DNA of 51,812 bases from a virus (Duplodnaviria > Caudoviricetes), in the IMG/VR virus record IMGVR_UViG_3300029171_000011, positions 1 through 51,812 of that record; one strand, given 5' to 3'. The first letter of the stretch is position 1. Every line of letters starts with the position of its first letter. The notes beneath the pieces were generated by a model that was not told where the DNA came from, made no database searches, and worked only from the letters and a program-made list of their open reading frames with translations. A program made the translations under genes and the position numbers. Shown here piece by piece: positions 37,418-46,884 of this stretch.

Positions 37418-37422
37418 AGACG

Positions 37423-40059
37423 ATGGCACAGCCTGATCCAATTAATTTCACCACAACATACGACGACAGTCCTTTTGTCACTGCATTCAACCGTTTTTTA
37501 GGCAATGTTGATAAAAGTCAAGAGGCTGTTGATAAGCTATCAAAAGACGTTCAGGCAGCGATGAATAGCGCAGCCAAAGAAACCGAAACCTTCAATAAAG
37601 AGCTTGCCAAAACAGAGAAGGCAGCCGCCGCCCCGGCTAAAGCCATCACCCAAACCAATGCGGCAATTGATGGGCTTATAAAACGAAACCAAACCCTCGC
37701 TACCGTAATCGCAGACCTGGAAAAAGCAAAGAAGCGGGACGGATCAATAACGGACGCGCAGGCCCGGAAGATGGAAGGGGCAAGGAAGGAGATAGAGGAA
37801 AATGAGGCTGTAATAAAAAAACTTACCGCCGCCACGAATGAAAATTCCAAAGCAACAGAAGCAAATGCCGACGCATCTAAAAAGCAGGGCGAAGATGCTG
37901 GCAAGTCAGGCGGCAAACTCGTTTCCTTTTCCTCAATCCTCAAAGACATAGCGGAAAGCGGGGGCGATGTGAAAGGCGCGCTGGAAAGGGCAAGCGCACA
38001 GATGAAAGAAAACGGGCAAAGCGCCGGGAGCCTGTTCAAAGGTATGTTTTCCCTGAAAAACATTGCAACCGGGGTTGCCGGGGCGTTTGTGGCCCTCGTT
38101 GGAGTTTCTTTGGCTGCGTATTTTAAAAACAACGAGGAAGCAGCAAACAAGCTATCTGACACTTTCGCCGGGTTCGGGGAACAGGCAAAGGTAGTCGGCG
38201 GGCGTCTTTCGGATTTTGGCGGCAGCCTTGTACGGGTGTTTCAGGGGGAGGCCGTGCGGGGGGAGGTACTGGAAAAGCTGACTAATATATTTTCCAACTA
38301 CGGGGACGAGTTGGAGCGGGCAAAAACGTTAGGGGAAGAACTTAACCAATCCGCCCGGTTCTTAGAGGCCCTTGCCGCGCAAACAATCCCCGTCCTTGAA
38401 AAGCGAATTGGACAGGAAGCGCGTTACCGCGATGCGGTTTCCAATACGAACGCAGGGTTTAATGCGCGGCTCGGAGCACTAAACAAAGCTTCGCAGGTTA
38501 GTTCTGAAATCGAAAGGACTCGCATCTTTGAAGCAGAGCAACAACTTGCGGCCATCCAGCGGCAAAACCTTGAACTTGACGGGACGGTAAAGCAGACGAT
38601 AGAGGTATCTAAAGCAGAACAAAAACTTATAAAACTGCGCAACGATGCCGCCTCCCGCGAACGTTCAGACGCTGCCACCGCCCGGCAAATCAGGCAGGAA
38701 CGGGCGGATAAACTGGATGAGGAGCGGAAGAAGGTAGAGGCATTAAACAAGGCATACGAAGCGCTATTGTCCCGCCTTGCGCAGCGGGTGGAGCAGGCGC
38801 AAATATCCGAACTGCTTGGCACCGACAAACTACAAGCCGAAAAAGAAGCCGCCCTTAAAGAGGTGGACGCTTTTGTGAATGAAATTGCCGCCGCTGCCAG
38901 TGCCGCCGGGCGCTCGCTTCCAGAAGGGTTTGCATCGGACATTCAAGATTTGGTAAGCGCTGTTGAAACGGAGTTCAGAAAGGCAGTTGATAAGCTAAGG
39001 CAAAAGGACGGTGGGGTGTTCGATCAATTGTTACTGCCAAAAGATCGGGGCGCAGGGCTTGAAAACGAAGCGCAGCAGGCATTCAAACGCCTCAACAAGG
39101 TTTTTGAGGGAAACTTACCCCTTTTGCAGCGCATTAAAGACGGCATTGCCTCCGCGTTCGGGTTAAGTCGGGAAGAATTAGAAAACGGGTTTAAGGAAAT
39201 AAGCGCGGGGTTTAACCTGGCGTTTGGCAACTTTATTACGGGCCTTGACGCCGCCACCGAAGCCCAGATAAGCGCACAGGACAAAGTAATTGAACGCCGC
39301 CGGGAACAAGTAGAAGAATTACAGGAACTGCTTGATATAGAATTGCAGCGGCAAAAAGACGGCTTTGCCAACTCCGTAGGCGCACGGGAAAAGGAACTTG
39401 CAGAAAAACAAGCCCTGCTTGAAGCCGCCGAAACGAAACGCGCCGCCCTGGAAGAAAAAGCCGCCCGGCGAACACTGATTATAAACAGCGTACAACAAGC
39501 AAGCGAGGCGACCCTTACCGTTGCCCGCCTGCTTTCCGCATCGGCTAAACTTGGAATCTTTGGGTTCATTGCCGCCGCCGCCGTTGGGGTTTCGACCGTG
39601 TTCTCGATTCTGGCACAGGCAAAAGCGCAGTCTGCGAAGTTCGCCACCGCGCCGGGGTTCAAGGGCGGGACACCGTTCCTTGATGGAGCCGGAAACGGGA
39701 AAAGTGATTCTATCCCCGTGTGGGCGTCGAAAGGGGAACGCATTATGCCCGCCCACCTAAACGAGATATTGGGCGGGGCGAAGATGCCAAACGACCTATT
39801 AGTAAAGTACGCCCTTTCCGGGATGGAACGGGAGCGGAAAACGGCGGAAGATGTGAGCAGACGGCAGGCGAATATAGACGGGCACAAATACGCCCGTGAC
39901 GCGTTCGCCGGGCTTACGCGGGACGATATGGCGGAACTGATGCGGGAGGTGGTAAACAAAATGGATGAGATACCAAAGCACTTCTACGGGCCGGACGGCA
40001 GCAAGGTGGTTGAGCGGAAGAAGGGGGGTAAGATCATTCGGCAGACGGTAGATAAATAA
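37423..40059 (+). CDS. Tape measure protein
   Basis: 878 aa Ala/Glu/Lys helical protein with two hydrophobic segments; C-terminal GKSDSIPVWASKGERIM motif. Confidence 0.85.
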   Translation: MAQPDPINFTTTYDDSPFVTAFNRFLGNVDKSQEAVDKLSKDVQAAMNSAAKETETFNKELAKTEKAAAAPAKAITQTNAAIDGLIKRNQTLATVIADLEKAKKRDGSITDAQARKMEGARKEIEENEAVIKKLTAATNENSKATEANADASKKQGEDAGKSGGKLVSFSSILKDIAESGGDVKGALERASAQMKENGQSAGSLFKGMFSLKNIATGVAGAFVALVGVSLAAYFKNNEEAANKLSDTFAGFGEQAKVVGGRLSDFGGSLVRVFQGEAVRGEVLEKLTNIFSNYGDELERAKTLGEELNQSARFLEALAAQTIPVLEKRIGQEARYRDAVSNTNAGFNARLGALNKASQVSSEIERTRIFEAEQQLAAIQRQNLELDGTVKQTIEVSKAEQKLIKLRNDAASRERSDAATARQIRQERADKLDEERKKVEALNKAYEALLSRLAQRVEQAQISELLGTDKLQAEKEAALKEVDAFVNEIAAAASAAGRSLPEGFASDIQDLVSAVETEFRKAVDKLRQKDGGVFDQLLLPKDRGAGLENEAQQAFKRLNKVFEGNLPLLQRIKDGIASAFGLSREELENGFKEISAGFNLAFGNFITGLDAATEAQISAQDKVIERRREQVEELQELLDIELQRQKDGFANSVGAREKELAEKQALLEAAETKRAALEEKAARRTLIINSVQQASEATLTVARLLSASAKLGIFGFIAAAAVGVSTVFSILAQAKAQSAKFATAPGFKGGTPFLDGAGNGKSDSIPVWASKGERIMPAHLNEILGGAKMPNDLLVKYALSGMERERKTAEDVSRRQANIDGHKYARDAFAGLTRDDMAELMREVVNKMDEIPKHFYGPDGSKVVERKKGGKIIRQTVDK

Positions 40060-40093
40060 AAAAGCCCGGCACTTTTCACGGTGGCCGGGCTTT
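40057..40093. terminator. Bidirectional terminator between convergent operons
   Basis: AAAAAGCCCGGC...GCCGGGCTTT. Confidence 0.75.
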
Positions 40094-40100
40094 GGGTTAT

Positions 40101-40280
40101 TTATTCAAACCACCCGTCGTTTTCTTTGATAATTTCTTCCTCGGTTTTGCCAAGGAAGGCCCCTTCCTTTAAAATAACATCCGGGAACCATAGCCCGGTG
40201 CAGATTCCCGCCTCGTTAAAGGCGAGGTCGTGTTCAATTTTATTTTTAAACACGCCTATGAAAACAAACTTTTTTTTCAT
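40101..40280 (-). CDS. Hypothetical protein (59 aa, not in ORF track)
   Basis: MKKKFVFIGVFKNKIEHDLAF...NDGWFE. Confidence 0.5.
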   Translation of the reverse strand: MKKKFVFIGVFKNKIEHDLAFNEAGICTGLWFPDVILKEGAFLGKTEEEIIKENDGWFE

Positions 40281-40353
40281 AATCTTTTGCTTTGCCCCTA
40301 CTTTGATCCGGCATCGGGTTTCCGGTTCCAGCTTTTCAGCGCCGGGAATCGCG

Positions 40354-40659
40354 CTATTGGCAAATTGAATTGAGTTGTAATTCGACCCTCGAAAATCCAG
40401 TCGGCCTCACATAGATTCCGTTCCAGTGGGTATTTCCCCCACCCTGAACAAATCCTTCCTGTCCAACCATAATACAGAAGTCGCCTTCTTCTGTATTATC
40501 TTCTTCGTCGCAAAGAACGACAGAAGTTGATTGATAGAATCCGACTTCTACGCCGGAATCGGCGTCTACGGATGGGGTGTTATTTTCTACAAGAACCCTC
40601 ATGGTTTTAGGTAATTCTGCGCTTACCCATGCGCCGTTTATTTTTCTTGTTACTTTCAT
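40354..40659 (-). CDS. Hypothetical protein
   Basis: 101-aa ORF. Confidence 0.6.
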   Translation of the reverse strand: MKVTRKINGAWVSAELPKTMRVLVENNTPSVDADSGVEVGFYQSTSVVLCDEEDNTEEGDFCIMVGQEGFVQGGGNTHWNGIYVRPTGFSRVELQLNSICQ

Positions 40660-40725
40660 TTTTCTTCCCGCACGACTTCGCGGCTTTTTTTACCCTGCTT
40701 GCGTTACGGCAGGGGTTAAGAAATA

Positions 40726-41004
40726 TTATTTATTCGGGCAATACATCAGCTTGCCGCATACGGCTATTACTGATACGCCCCTGTTGGATATAAACTCGCT
40801 AACCTCGTCGTAGTTAGCGTAAGTTGTGTTTAAGGACACCTCTTCAAAATAGGTGTCCTTTTTCCACCTGGTTATTTTCAGCCCGAACTGGGCTGCTGCC
40901 CTCTTGAAGGCTTCCATCCTCCCGTCAGCGCTTCGATCCATCCCATCCTCTTTCAGGATGGAATTTATTAGATCGCTTTGCTCTTTCTCTGAAAGATATT
41001 TCAT
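40726..41004 (-). CDS. Hypothetical protein
   Basis: 92 aa, first gene after P10. Confidence 0.65.
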   Translation of the reverse strand: MKYLSEKEQSDLINSILKEDGMDRSADGRMEAFKRAAAQFGLKITRWKKDTYFEEVSLNTTYANYDEVSEFISNRGVSVIAVCGKLMYCPNK

Positions 41005-41046
41005 TTTTATTTTTTTTGAGTACCAGGTTCCTTCCTTAGTACCCTA

Positions 41047-41113
41047 CAAATATACCTCCACCCCGCCCCGAACCCCAAAAACGATCTACGAAACACGGCG
41101 ATTACTCGACGAA
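41047..41113 (-). promoter_or_regulatory. Boxed promoter P10
   Basis: TTCGTCGA/TTCGTAGA with 21-bp period, TATATTTG; closely similar to P2 and P6. Confidence 0.8.
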
Positions 41114-41174
41114 CGAAAGAGTTTAACAGACGAAATAAATATTTAGCCCCCGGTTCTCGCAAGGGGCCGGGGGT

Positions 41175-41447
41175 TTAGTTTGACATCAATATGCCAATCC
41201 CGTTAAGATATTCGCGTACTTTGTTTTGGTCTAATTCAACCGGGATAAGATCGCAATCCGCCCACACCTTGCCGTCAAAATAAACGCCTAATCTTTCACA
41301 TCCACTCATAAAGACCACTCTTTCGGGTGAGTTGCTGGTTGCGGCAAAATGATACGCCTGCCCAATAAAAGGCTTGTGACCCACCGGCATCACTGCATCC
41401 CAAAGTCCAGCCCCTTCCTTTGGGGTTAATGTAGAAATGTGCCTCAT
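41175..41447 (-). CDS. Hypothetical protein
   Basis: 90-aa ORF. Confidence 0.6.
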   Translation of the reverse strand: MRHISTLTPKEGAGLWDAVMPVGHKPFIGQAYHFAATSNSPERVVFMSGCERLGVYFDGKVWADCDLIPVELDQNKVREYLNGIGILMSN

Positions 41448-41734
41448 CTTTTTAAGTTTTCCAGTTTCACCCCGTCTATAAACACCGAATCAACTTCAAA
41501 GAATGGACGTTCACAAAGTTTATCCCTCCAATAAAAGACCGCCCGTGTTAATTCAAGGTTGTCCTCAATTCGTTCCTGTAATATGCAGTCCATAGCGCCA
41601 ATGCCATAGGACAGCCAAAGCTTGGAGCCGACCAACGTGAGCCGGGGCGAAGCGTTTGTCCATACCTGCCCCGTACCTTTCAAACGGATTTCTAAAAACG
41701 GCGGGAGTTCCCGTAATAAGGCAAAGACGCTCAT
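41444..41734 (-). CDS. Hypothetical protein
   Basis: 96 aa, ATGA coupled. Confidence 0.6.
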   Translation of the reverse strand: MSVFALLRELPPFLEIRLKGTGQVWTNASPRLTLVGSKLWLSYGIGAMDCILQERIEDNLELTRAVFYWRDKLCERPFFEVDSVFIDGVKLENLKR

Positions 41735-41905
41735 AGTTTTAAATTTTATTCATTATCCAAACCGCCACCCCCACGCACACCACCCCTGCAACAATGTGCC
41801 ACTTCGCTGCGCTCGCATCGTCAGGGCTATGCCACGCCCAATAAAGCAAGGTTGTGCCGTACAGGAACGAGGCAACACCGAAAACCCAGAGGATGATAAG
41901 GAGGG

Positions 41906-42268
41906 CTACCATTCCGTTTCAACTTTTATATTCCACCCCCACGAAAGCATGTATTCCTCAATGTAGGTGCAAAGGGTATCACAAACACCCGGCATTGCTT
42001 CGTCAATCGTGATATAGAAAACACCGTCCGTTTCTTCCGATACCTCGACGCAAGAAAGGGACGCCCAATTAACCGGCTCGCTTGCGTCAATGCCGAAGGC
42101 GGCAAGGCGTCCGGGATCAATGCGGGTTAGTGTCGAATGCTCGGTGCTTTGCTTTGTCGGAACGTATAGCGCAGCGAGTAGCAAGTCTACCAAGTGCCGG
42201 ACGCGTTGGGCGGGCAACAGGTCGAATCCGATTTTACGCAGGAGGTCGAAGTGTTCTTTGTTGTTCAT
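41906..42268 (-). CDS. Hypothetical protein
   Basis: 120-aa ORF. Confidence 0.65.
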   Translation of the reverse strand: MNNKEHFDLLRKIGFDLLPAQRVRHLVDLLLAALYVPTKQSTEHSTLTRIDPGRLAAFGIDASEPVNWASLSCVEVSEETDGVFYITIDEAMPGVCDTLCTYIEEYMLSWGWNIKVETEW

Positions 42269-42274
42269 CCTGTT

Positions 42275-42484
42275 TCAGTTCCCCGGCCACGTCCACGCGC
42301 CCGGCTTGAGTTCGTTAATCGCCTCGACTATTTTAGCGAAGCAGTTTAAAGACATCCCCCGCTTCCGGCGCAGGGCATTGGACAATGTTCCCCGGTAGAT
42401 ACCCGCCTTGACCGCTACTGCGGATTGCGTTAACCCGTGTTCGTGCATTGCCAAATAGATAGACGTTATTAATGTTTTCTCCAT
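42275..42484 (-). CDS. Cro/C1-type HTH transcriptional regulator
   Basis: AMHEHGLTQSAVAVKAGIYRGTLSNAL; TACATTTG box 4 nt upstream of the ATG. Confidence 0.8.
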   Translation of the reverse strand: MEKTLITSIYLAMHEHGLTQSAVAVKAGIYRGTLSNALRRKRGMSLNCFAKIVEAINELKPGAWTWPGN

Positions 42485-42579
42485 GCTACAAATGTAGCGT
42501 AAAACACGCAAACAAACAACCCCCTGTAACACTATGGCCGCAACAACGTAATTTTGTAGGAAACAACCACGCAAGGCGC

Positions 42580-42930
42580 ATGAATACGGAGTTATATAAT
42601 TTGGTTAAAAAAGGGGCAACGTTTACCGAAGATGGCGAGCGAATCACGGTAACAAACGAGGAAATGGCCGCGTTTGCGTGGGAATCCCATAAGCGCAAAA
42701 TGAAAAAGACGCCCCACCGAATTGCTGAATACTTGCTACTAAAGCACAAAACCGCAGTAACACCTTACGGTTCTTCCCGCTTCACCATCGTTCACAAAAC
42801 GCGCTCTAAGCACCTGCTTGCCGATGGCGGAGACTGGCAAACGTACACCATTGCCACGGAACCCGTAGGTGTGGAGAAAGCGGGCAAAGCAGAACCGAAA
42901 GCAAAAACCGCAAAGGATGGCAACGTATAA
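42580..42930 (+). CDS. Hypothetical protein, first gene of capsid operon
   Basis: 116 aa after TAATTTTG at 42549. Confidence 0.65.
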   Translation: MNTELYNLVKKGATFTEDGERITVTNEEMAAFAWESHKRKMKKTPHRIAEYLLLKHKTAVTPYGSSRFTIVHKTRSKHLLADGGDWQTYTIATEPVGVEKAGKAEPKAKTAKDGNV

Positions 42931-43135
42931 CGGATACATCGGAAAGCGCCGCGTGATGAGCAATATCACCGAAGATCAAAAGGTTAGCATGGGGCAAAAC
43001 CCCATCTACAAAAATATAACTTTCAAGGCTATCCCCGGCTCTGACATTGCGCCGGTAGGGGTAGACAAGAAAGTAAAACCGGCACCTGCCCCGGAACAAA
43101 AGCAGGAAGGCGCACAGGATGCGCAGGAGAAGTAA
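42917..43135 (+). CDS. Hypothetical protein
   Basis: 72 aa from ATG 42917. Confidence 0.5.
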   Translation: MATYNGYIGKRRVMSNITEDQKVSMGQNPIYKNITFKAIPGSDIAPVGVDKKVKPAPAPEQKQEGAQDAQEK

Positions 43136-43150
43136 AATACTTCTGAAAAT

Positions 43151-44014
43151 ATGATTAAATTAGAATTAACGCCGGATCAATTTAAACGATTGACTGGTGT
43201 GCAGATGGAAAAAATGCCCGATAGATTCCCGGACTTATACGAAGACGGCGAACTAAAGGAAGGTGCAGACATTTTTGGCGCAATCATTGACTTGAATAAA
43301 ATCAAGATCAAGGAACACGGAGACAACCAGTGGAAAGCGTCGCGGAAATCCCTTGAAAAGCACCTCAAAGCCGCCGGAATAGACGACTTTGATAAAGCGG
43401 AGGAAGGGTTAGAGTTGCTGGTTCAGCAGCTTAAAGGCGCGCAGGGAAAAGACCCCGCCGCTAAATTGACCGAAGAGGAGGTAATGAAACACCCCGCATT
43501 TTCCGCAGCCGTTGAGGCAAAGGTGAAGGCGCTGAAAGAAAGCAAAGAGAAGATCGAAGCGGAGTTCAGCGAGTTCAAAACAAAGCAGGAATTTGCCGGG
43601 AAAAATGCCGCACGAAAAAGCACATTTCTTTCCGCCCTTCGTGAACTAAACGCCGGGTTCGGGGCTAAAGGTGAAGACGCAGCGCTTAATGCCTTCCTTG
43701 CCCTGCATCCTGACAAGTACGTGAACGAAAACGGGGAGATCGTAAACGATAAAGGAGAGCCGATACAAGACAAAGAATTTAACAAACAATCTGTAACCGA
43801 TTTCCTTAAATCGGAGTGGCTTTTCGGCATGAACCAGGCACCCGCACACAACTCACCACCACCCGCAAACGGAGGCGGAAACGGCAGCCCGGCACCAAAA
43901 CACAACATTACCTCAGTAGCACAGTTTGAAGAACTATTGCAACGAGCAATCACCCCGGCAGAAAAGGCAGACCTTTGGGCTTCCTATAATGTCGTAGCTG
44001 ATAAGATCAAGTAA
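43151..44014 (+). CDS. Capsid scaffolding protein
   Basis: Charged coiled coil with Pro/Gly linker and short C-terminal helix, directly upstream of the MCP. Confidence 0.75.
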   Translation: MIKLELTPDQFKRLTGVQMEKMPDRFPDLYEDGELKEGADIFGAIIDLNKIKIKEHGDNQWKASRKSLEKHLKAAGIDDFDKAEEGLELLVQQLKGAQGKDPAAKLTEEEVMKHPAFSAAVEAKVKALKESKEKIEAEFSEFKTKQEFAGKNAARKSTFLSALRELNAGFGAKGEDAALNAFLALHPDKYVNENGEIVNDKGEPIQDKEFNKQSVTDFLKSEWLFGMNQAPAHNSPPPANGGGNGSPAPKHNITSVAQFEELLQRAITPAEKADLWASYNVVADKIK

Positions 44015-44036
44015 GAAGCATTTTTTCGACATGAAA

Positions 44037-44081
44037 TAAAACCCCGCTGTGCAGCAAGTGTTCAGCGGGGTTTATTTATTT
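44037..44081 (+). terminator. Hairpin between scaffold and MCP
   Basis: TAAAACCCCGCTG...CAGCGGGGTTTATTTATTT. Confidence 0.55.
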
Positions 44082-44100
44082 AACGCTAAATCATTTCCTA

Positions 44101-45240
44101 ATGGCAATTACCGGAACCGCGCTCGCCTTTGTAATCGAGCGTCTTAATCGGATGTATGCTGATGGCACCCCGCCGCCGGTATTACAGCCACTAAACACCA
44201 ACTTCGCAACCGCGAATGCCCTACTGCGCGAAAACCGCGCCCGAATTTCCCCCGTACTGATTGACAACCAATGTGTCGCCTATAAAGTGGGCTGGCAGAC
44301 GTTTGCCGATTCCGACACCCCGGATGTAAACGGCACAGTTGCCGACCTTACCGACGGCTGCGACCTGACCCCGGCAACGGTTTCAAGTACGGACGCTGCG
44401 ACGTATGAAAACAACATCGGTATCGAGGAAGTAATTTCCGAATCTGACAACGTGTGCGGCAACCTGTTCAGCGACACGGGCAACTCCGGCCACGCACGGC
44501 AGGAAGACGTAGCTACTTTGATCGCCGGGCAAATGGCGCATGCAATGGCAAAAATCCGCTACGGCTTGAATGTTCAGGCTATCACGTTCCTGCATTCTGG
44601 TGCAACGCCAATTAACCGCGATACGAACCTGCCGGATGAAGTAACCTTTGACGCAACCCTTGATGAGTTTCAGGTATCAGATGCAACGTTGTTTCAGAAC
44701 CCGGACTTCCTTACGGATATAGATGCGATTGTTGCCAACAACCGCATGGGTGATTACTTCTTTGTAAATGGCCGCCGGGCTTGGTACAATGCTACTGTAA
44801 ATAGCCAGTTCAACCGCCTGAATGATGATCAGCGCAGCCAAATCCGTTTCGACAATTACAATATGTATTTTGACATCCGTGATTTGGACAGCACCCTGAC
44901 GGGTATCAACTCGTTTGCGGTAACGCCGGGCGCGTATGCAATTTGGAACGCGCATTACTCCAGCCCCGTCCCGCGTCGTTTATCAAACGGTTCTTCGGGT
45001 GAAGAGCGTTGGGCTTTTACCATCACTGACCCGGAAGCGGTTATCTTCCAAAACGGTCGCTTGGTTCCTCTTACTTACGAGGTGATTTACCAGCGCCAGT
45101 GCGGCGGACAACGTGCCGGCCAACAAATGTATGACACACACACTTGGAAGATCGTATTTATTGGCGGTTTCAAGTTGGCACCCGCTTCTGCGAACACGCA
45201 CACGGGTATCCTGCATTTCACAGGCACAACCGGCGTATAA
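44101..45240 (+). CDS. Major capsid protein
   Basis: 379 aa after scaffold; size, composition and C-terminal TGILHF pattern; inferred from synteny. Confidence 0.75.
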   Translation: MAITGTALAFVIERLNRMYADGTPPPVLQPLNTNFATANALLRENRARISPVLIDNQCVAYKVGWQTFADSDTPDVNGTVADLTDGCDLTPATVSSTDAATYENNIGIEEVISESDNVCGNLFSDTGNSGHARQEDVATLIAGQMAHAMAKIRYGLNVQAITFLHSGATPINRDTNLPDEVTFDATLDEFQVSDATLFQNPDFLTDIDAIVANNRMGDYFFVNGRRAWYNATVNSQFNRLNDDQRSQIRFDNYNMYFDIRDLDSTLTGINSFAVTPGAYAIWNAHYSSPVPRRLSNGSSGEERWAFTITDPEAVIFQNGRLVPLTYEVIYQRQCGGQRAGQQMYDTHTWKIVFIGGFKLAPASANTHTGILHFTGTTGV

Positions 45241-45276
45241 CCTTATTTTCTAACACAAACTAAATATCGAATTGAT

Positions 45277-45807
45277 ATGAAACGCATCCTTTTTTCTTTA
45301 GCCGCCCTTGCCGCTGTTTTGGCGAGCGCGGCATTGATCTCCAACACGGACGTTAAGACGGCGACGGTAGAGCAACTTTCCGGCACCGACCTGGCCCGCC
45401 TTGCCCGGATCAATGCCGATGAGGCGGAGGTAGCCGCATCTTCGTACTACATCTATCCAACCGGGGGGACGAGTTACGAAGGCGATACAATCAGCAACAC
45501 CACCAACGACACGGTAACAATCCCCGTAAACCTGCTATCGAACCGCGAGGGGTGTTGGTGGATCACAAGTACCAACATTTCCGGGACTACGGCGGTGATC
45601 GCTATTGCACAGGAAGCCTCGTACATCGGAACCGTTGGCAGTGCTTTCGACTGGTACGAAGTCGGGCGCGATACCATTGCCGGGACGGACGTTTCAAAGA
45701 TTTGTTTCGACCGGATTACGGGCTATAAAATGCGCCTGATCCTGGACGGGTACACGGGTACGCAAAGCACGAGAATCCGGACTAAGTTCAGCGCCAAACC
45801 ACAGTAA
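45277..45807 (+). CDS. Signal-peptide-bearing beta-sandwich protein directly after the MCP
   Basis: MKRILFSLAALAAVLASAA N-terminus; Thr-rich jelly-roll-like body at the usual decoration-protein position. Confidence 0.7.
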   Translation: MKRILFSLAALAAVLASAALISNTDVKTATVEQLSGTDLARLARINADEAEVAASSYYIYPTGGTSYEGDTISNTTNDTVTIPVNLLSNREGCWWITSTNISGTTAVIAIAQEASYIGTVGSAFDWYEVGRDTIAGTDVSKICFDRITGYKMRLILDGYTGTQSTRIRTKFSAKPQ

Positions 45808-45810
45808 CCG

Positions 45811-46884
45811 ATGCCGGACTGCCTAAGCACATTGATCGGGATTGCAGCGAATGACTGTGAATGCTTCGCGGGGATAGATGAAGATTATACCGTTTCAGAC
45901 AGCGGTTTTTATCTCACTGATCCCTTGTACGGCGTTCCGAACCTTAACGCTACCCTTGCCACCGCCAACCCTTGCGCAAGCGGGGACGGCGGGGTGTGGG
46001 ACATCCTGAATGCGGCATTGCAGTCCGGCATTCGTGATCTTAGAGGCGACCTTACAGCAGCCCTTTCCCTTCACCGGCAAATGGCCGGGGCATGGCGGGG
46101 GAACGCAGCAAAGACACTTGAACCAACCGGCACCGTCGCAACGGCAAACGGAAAGAACGGGGTGCAAATCGCGTCTTGCCGCCGCCTGATTGATATGGCC
46201 TTTGTGGTCACTGATCTTTATGTCGGCTCCAACCTGACAGGCACGACCGCTGTAAAGTTTTCGGCTAACATCCCGTCTGATGAATTTACGCAGGCAGATG
46301 TTACCGTCAACACGGTAGCAGGCACATTCGCAAAGCACCACCTCGCTACCGGAATACGCCTGCCCCTTTATAGCCCTTCCGAAGACCGGATTTTTTACAA
46401 CCTGTATTGGGAGCCGGGTGTAGGGGAAAGGCCGCTTTCGGGTAAGATTTGGTGTTGCGGTGGCCCCGGCGGCTGGTCTAAGTACGTGGACATCGGCGGC
46501 TTTAATGTGGCGGCTATTGACCCTTACACGAAGTACAGTAGCAGCGGCGGATCGGGTTTGCTCGTTGGCGGGTACATATCCTGTAACGAACTGGATTTTA
46601 TCTGCAACCTTGACCAACTGAACGGCGAATACAATTGGAAGCACCTGCTTGGCCGGACGCTGTTGTTTAAGTCCGCAATCCATGCCATTGCCGGAATGCT
46701 TGGAAGTGACGCCGTAAACCGCTACACGCTTATCAACGCCGAGCAGTCAGGGAAGCGGATGAAAGACCTAACGGACGCCTACAATACGAACATCGAATAC
46801 ATTGCAAAAAGCTTGCCGACCGGGTTTTCCGCGTGTTGGGGGTGCAATAAATCAGATTTTACAATCAGCAAAAATAGAATATAA
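45811..46884 (+). CDS. Probable head-tail adaptor/structural protein, Cys-rich
   Basis: 357 aa with 11 Cys; position in structural operon. Confidence 0.6.
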   Translation: MPDCLSTLIGIAANDCECFAGIDEDYTVSDSGFYLTDPLYGVPNLNATLATANPCASGDGGVWDILNAALQSGIRDLRGDLTAALSLHRQMAGAWRGNAAKTLEPTGTVATANGKNGVQIASCRRLIDMAFVVTDLYVGSNLTGTTAVKFSANIPSDEFTQADVTVNTVAGTFAKHHLATGIRLPLYSPSEDRIFYNLYWEPGVGERPLSGKIWCCGGPGGWSKYVDIGGFNVAAIDPYTKYSSSGGSGLLVGGYISCNELDFICNLDQLNGEYNWKHLLGRTLLFKSAIHAIAGMLGSDAVNRYTLINAEQSGKRMKDLTDAYNTNIEYIAKSLPTGFSACWGCNKSDFTISKNRI

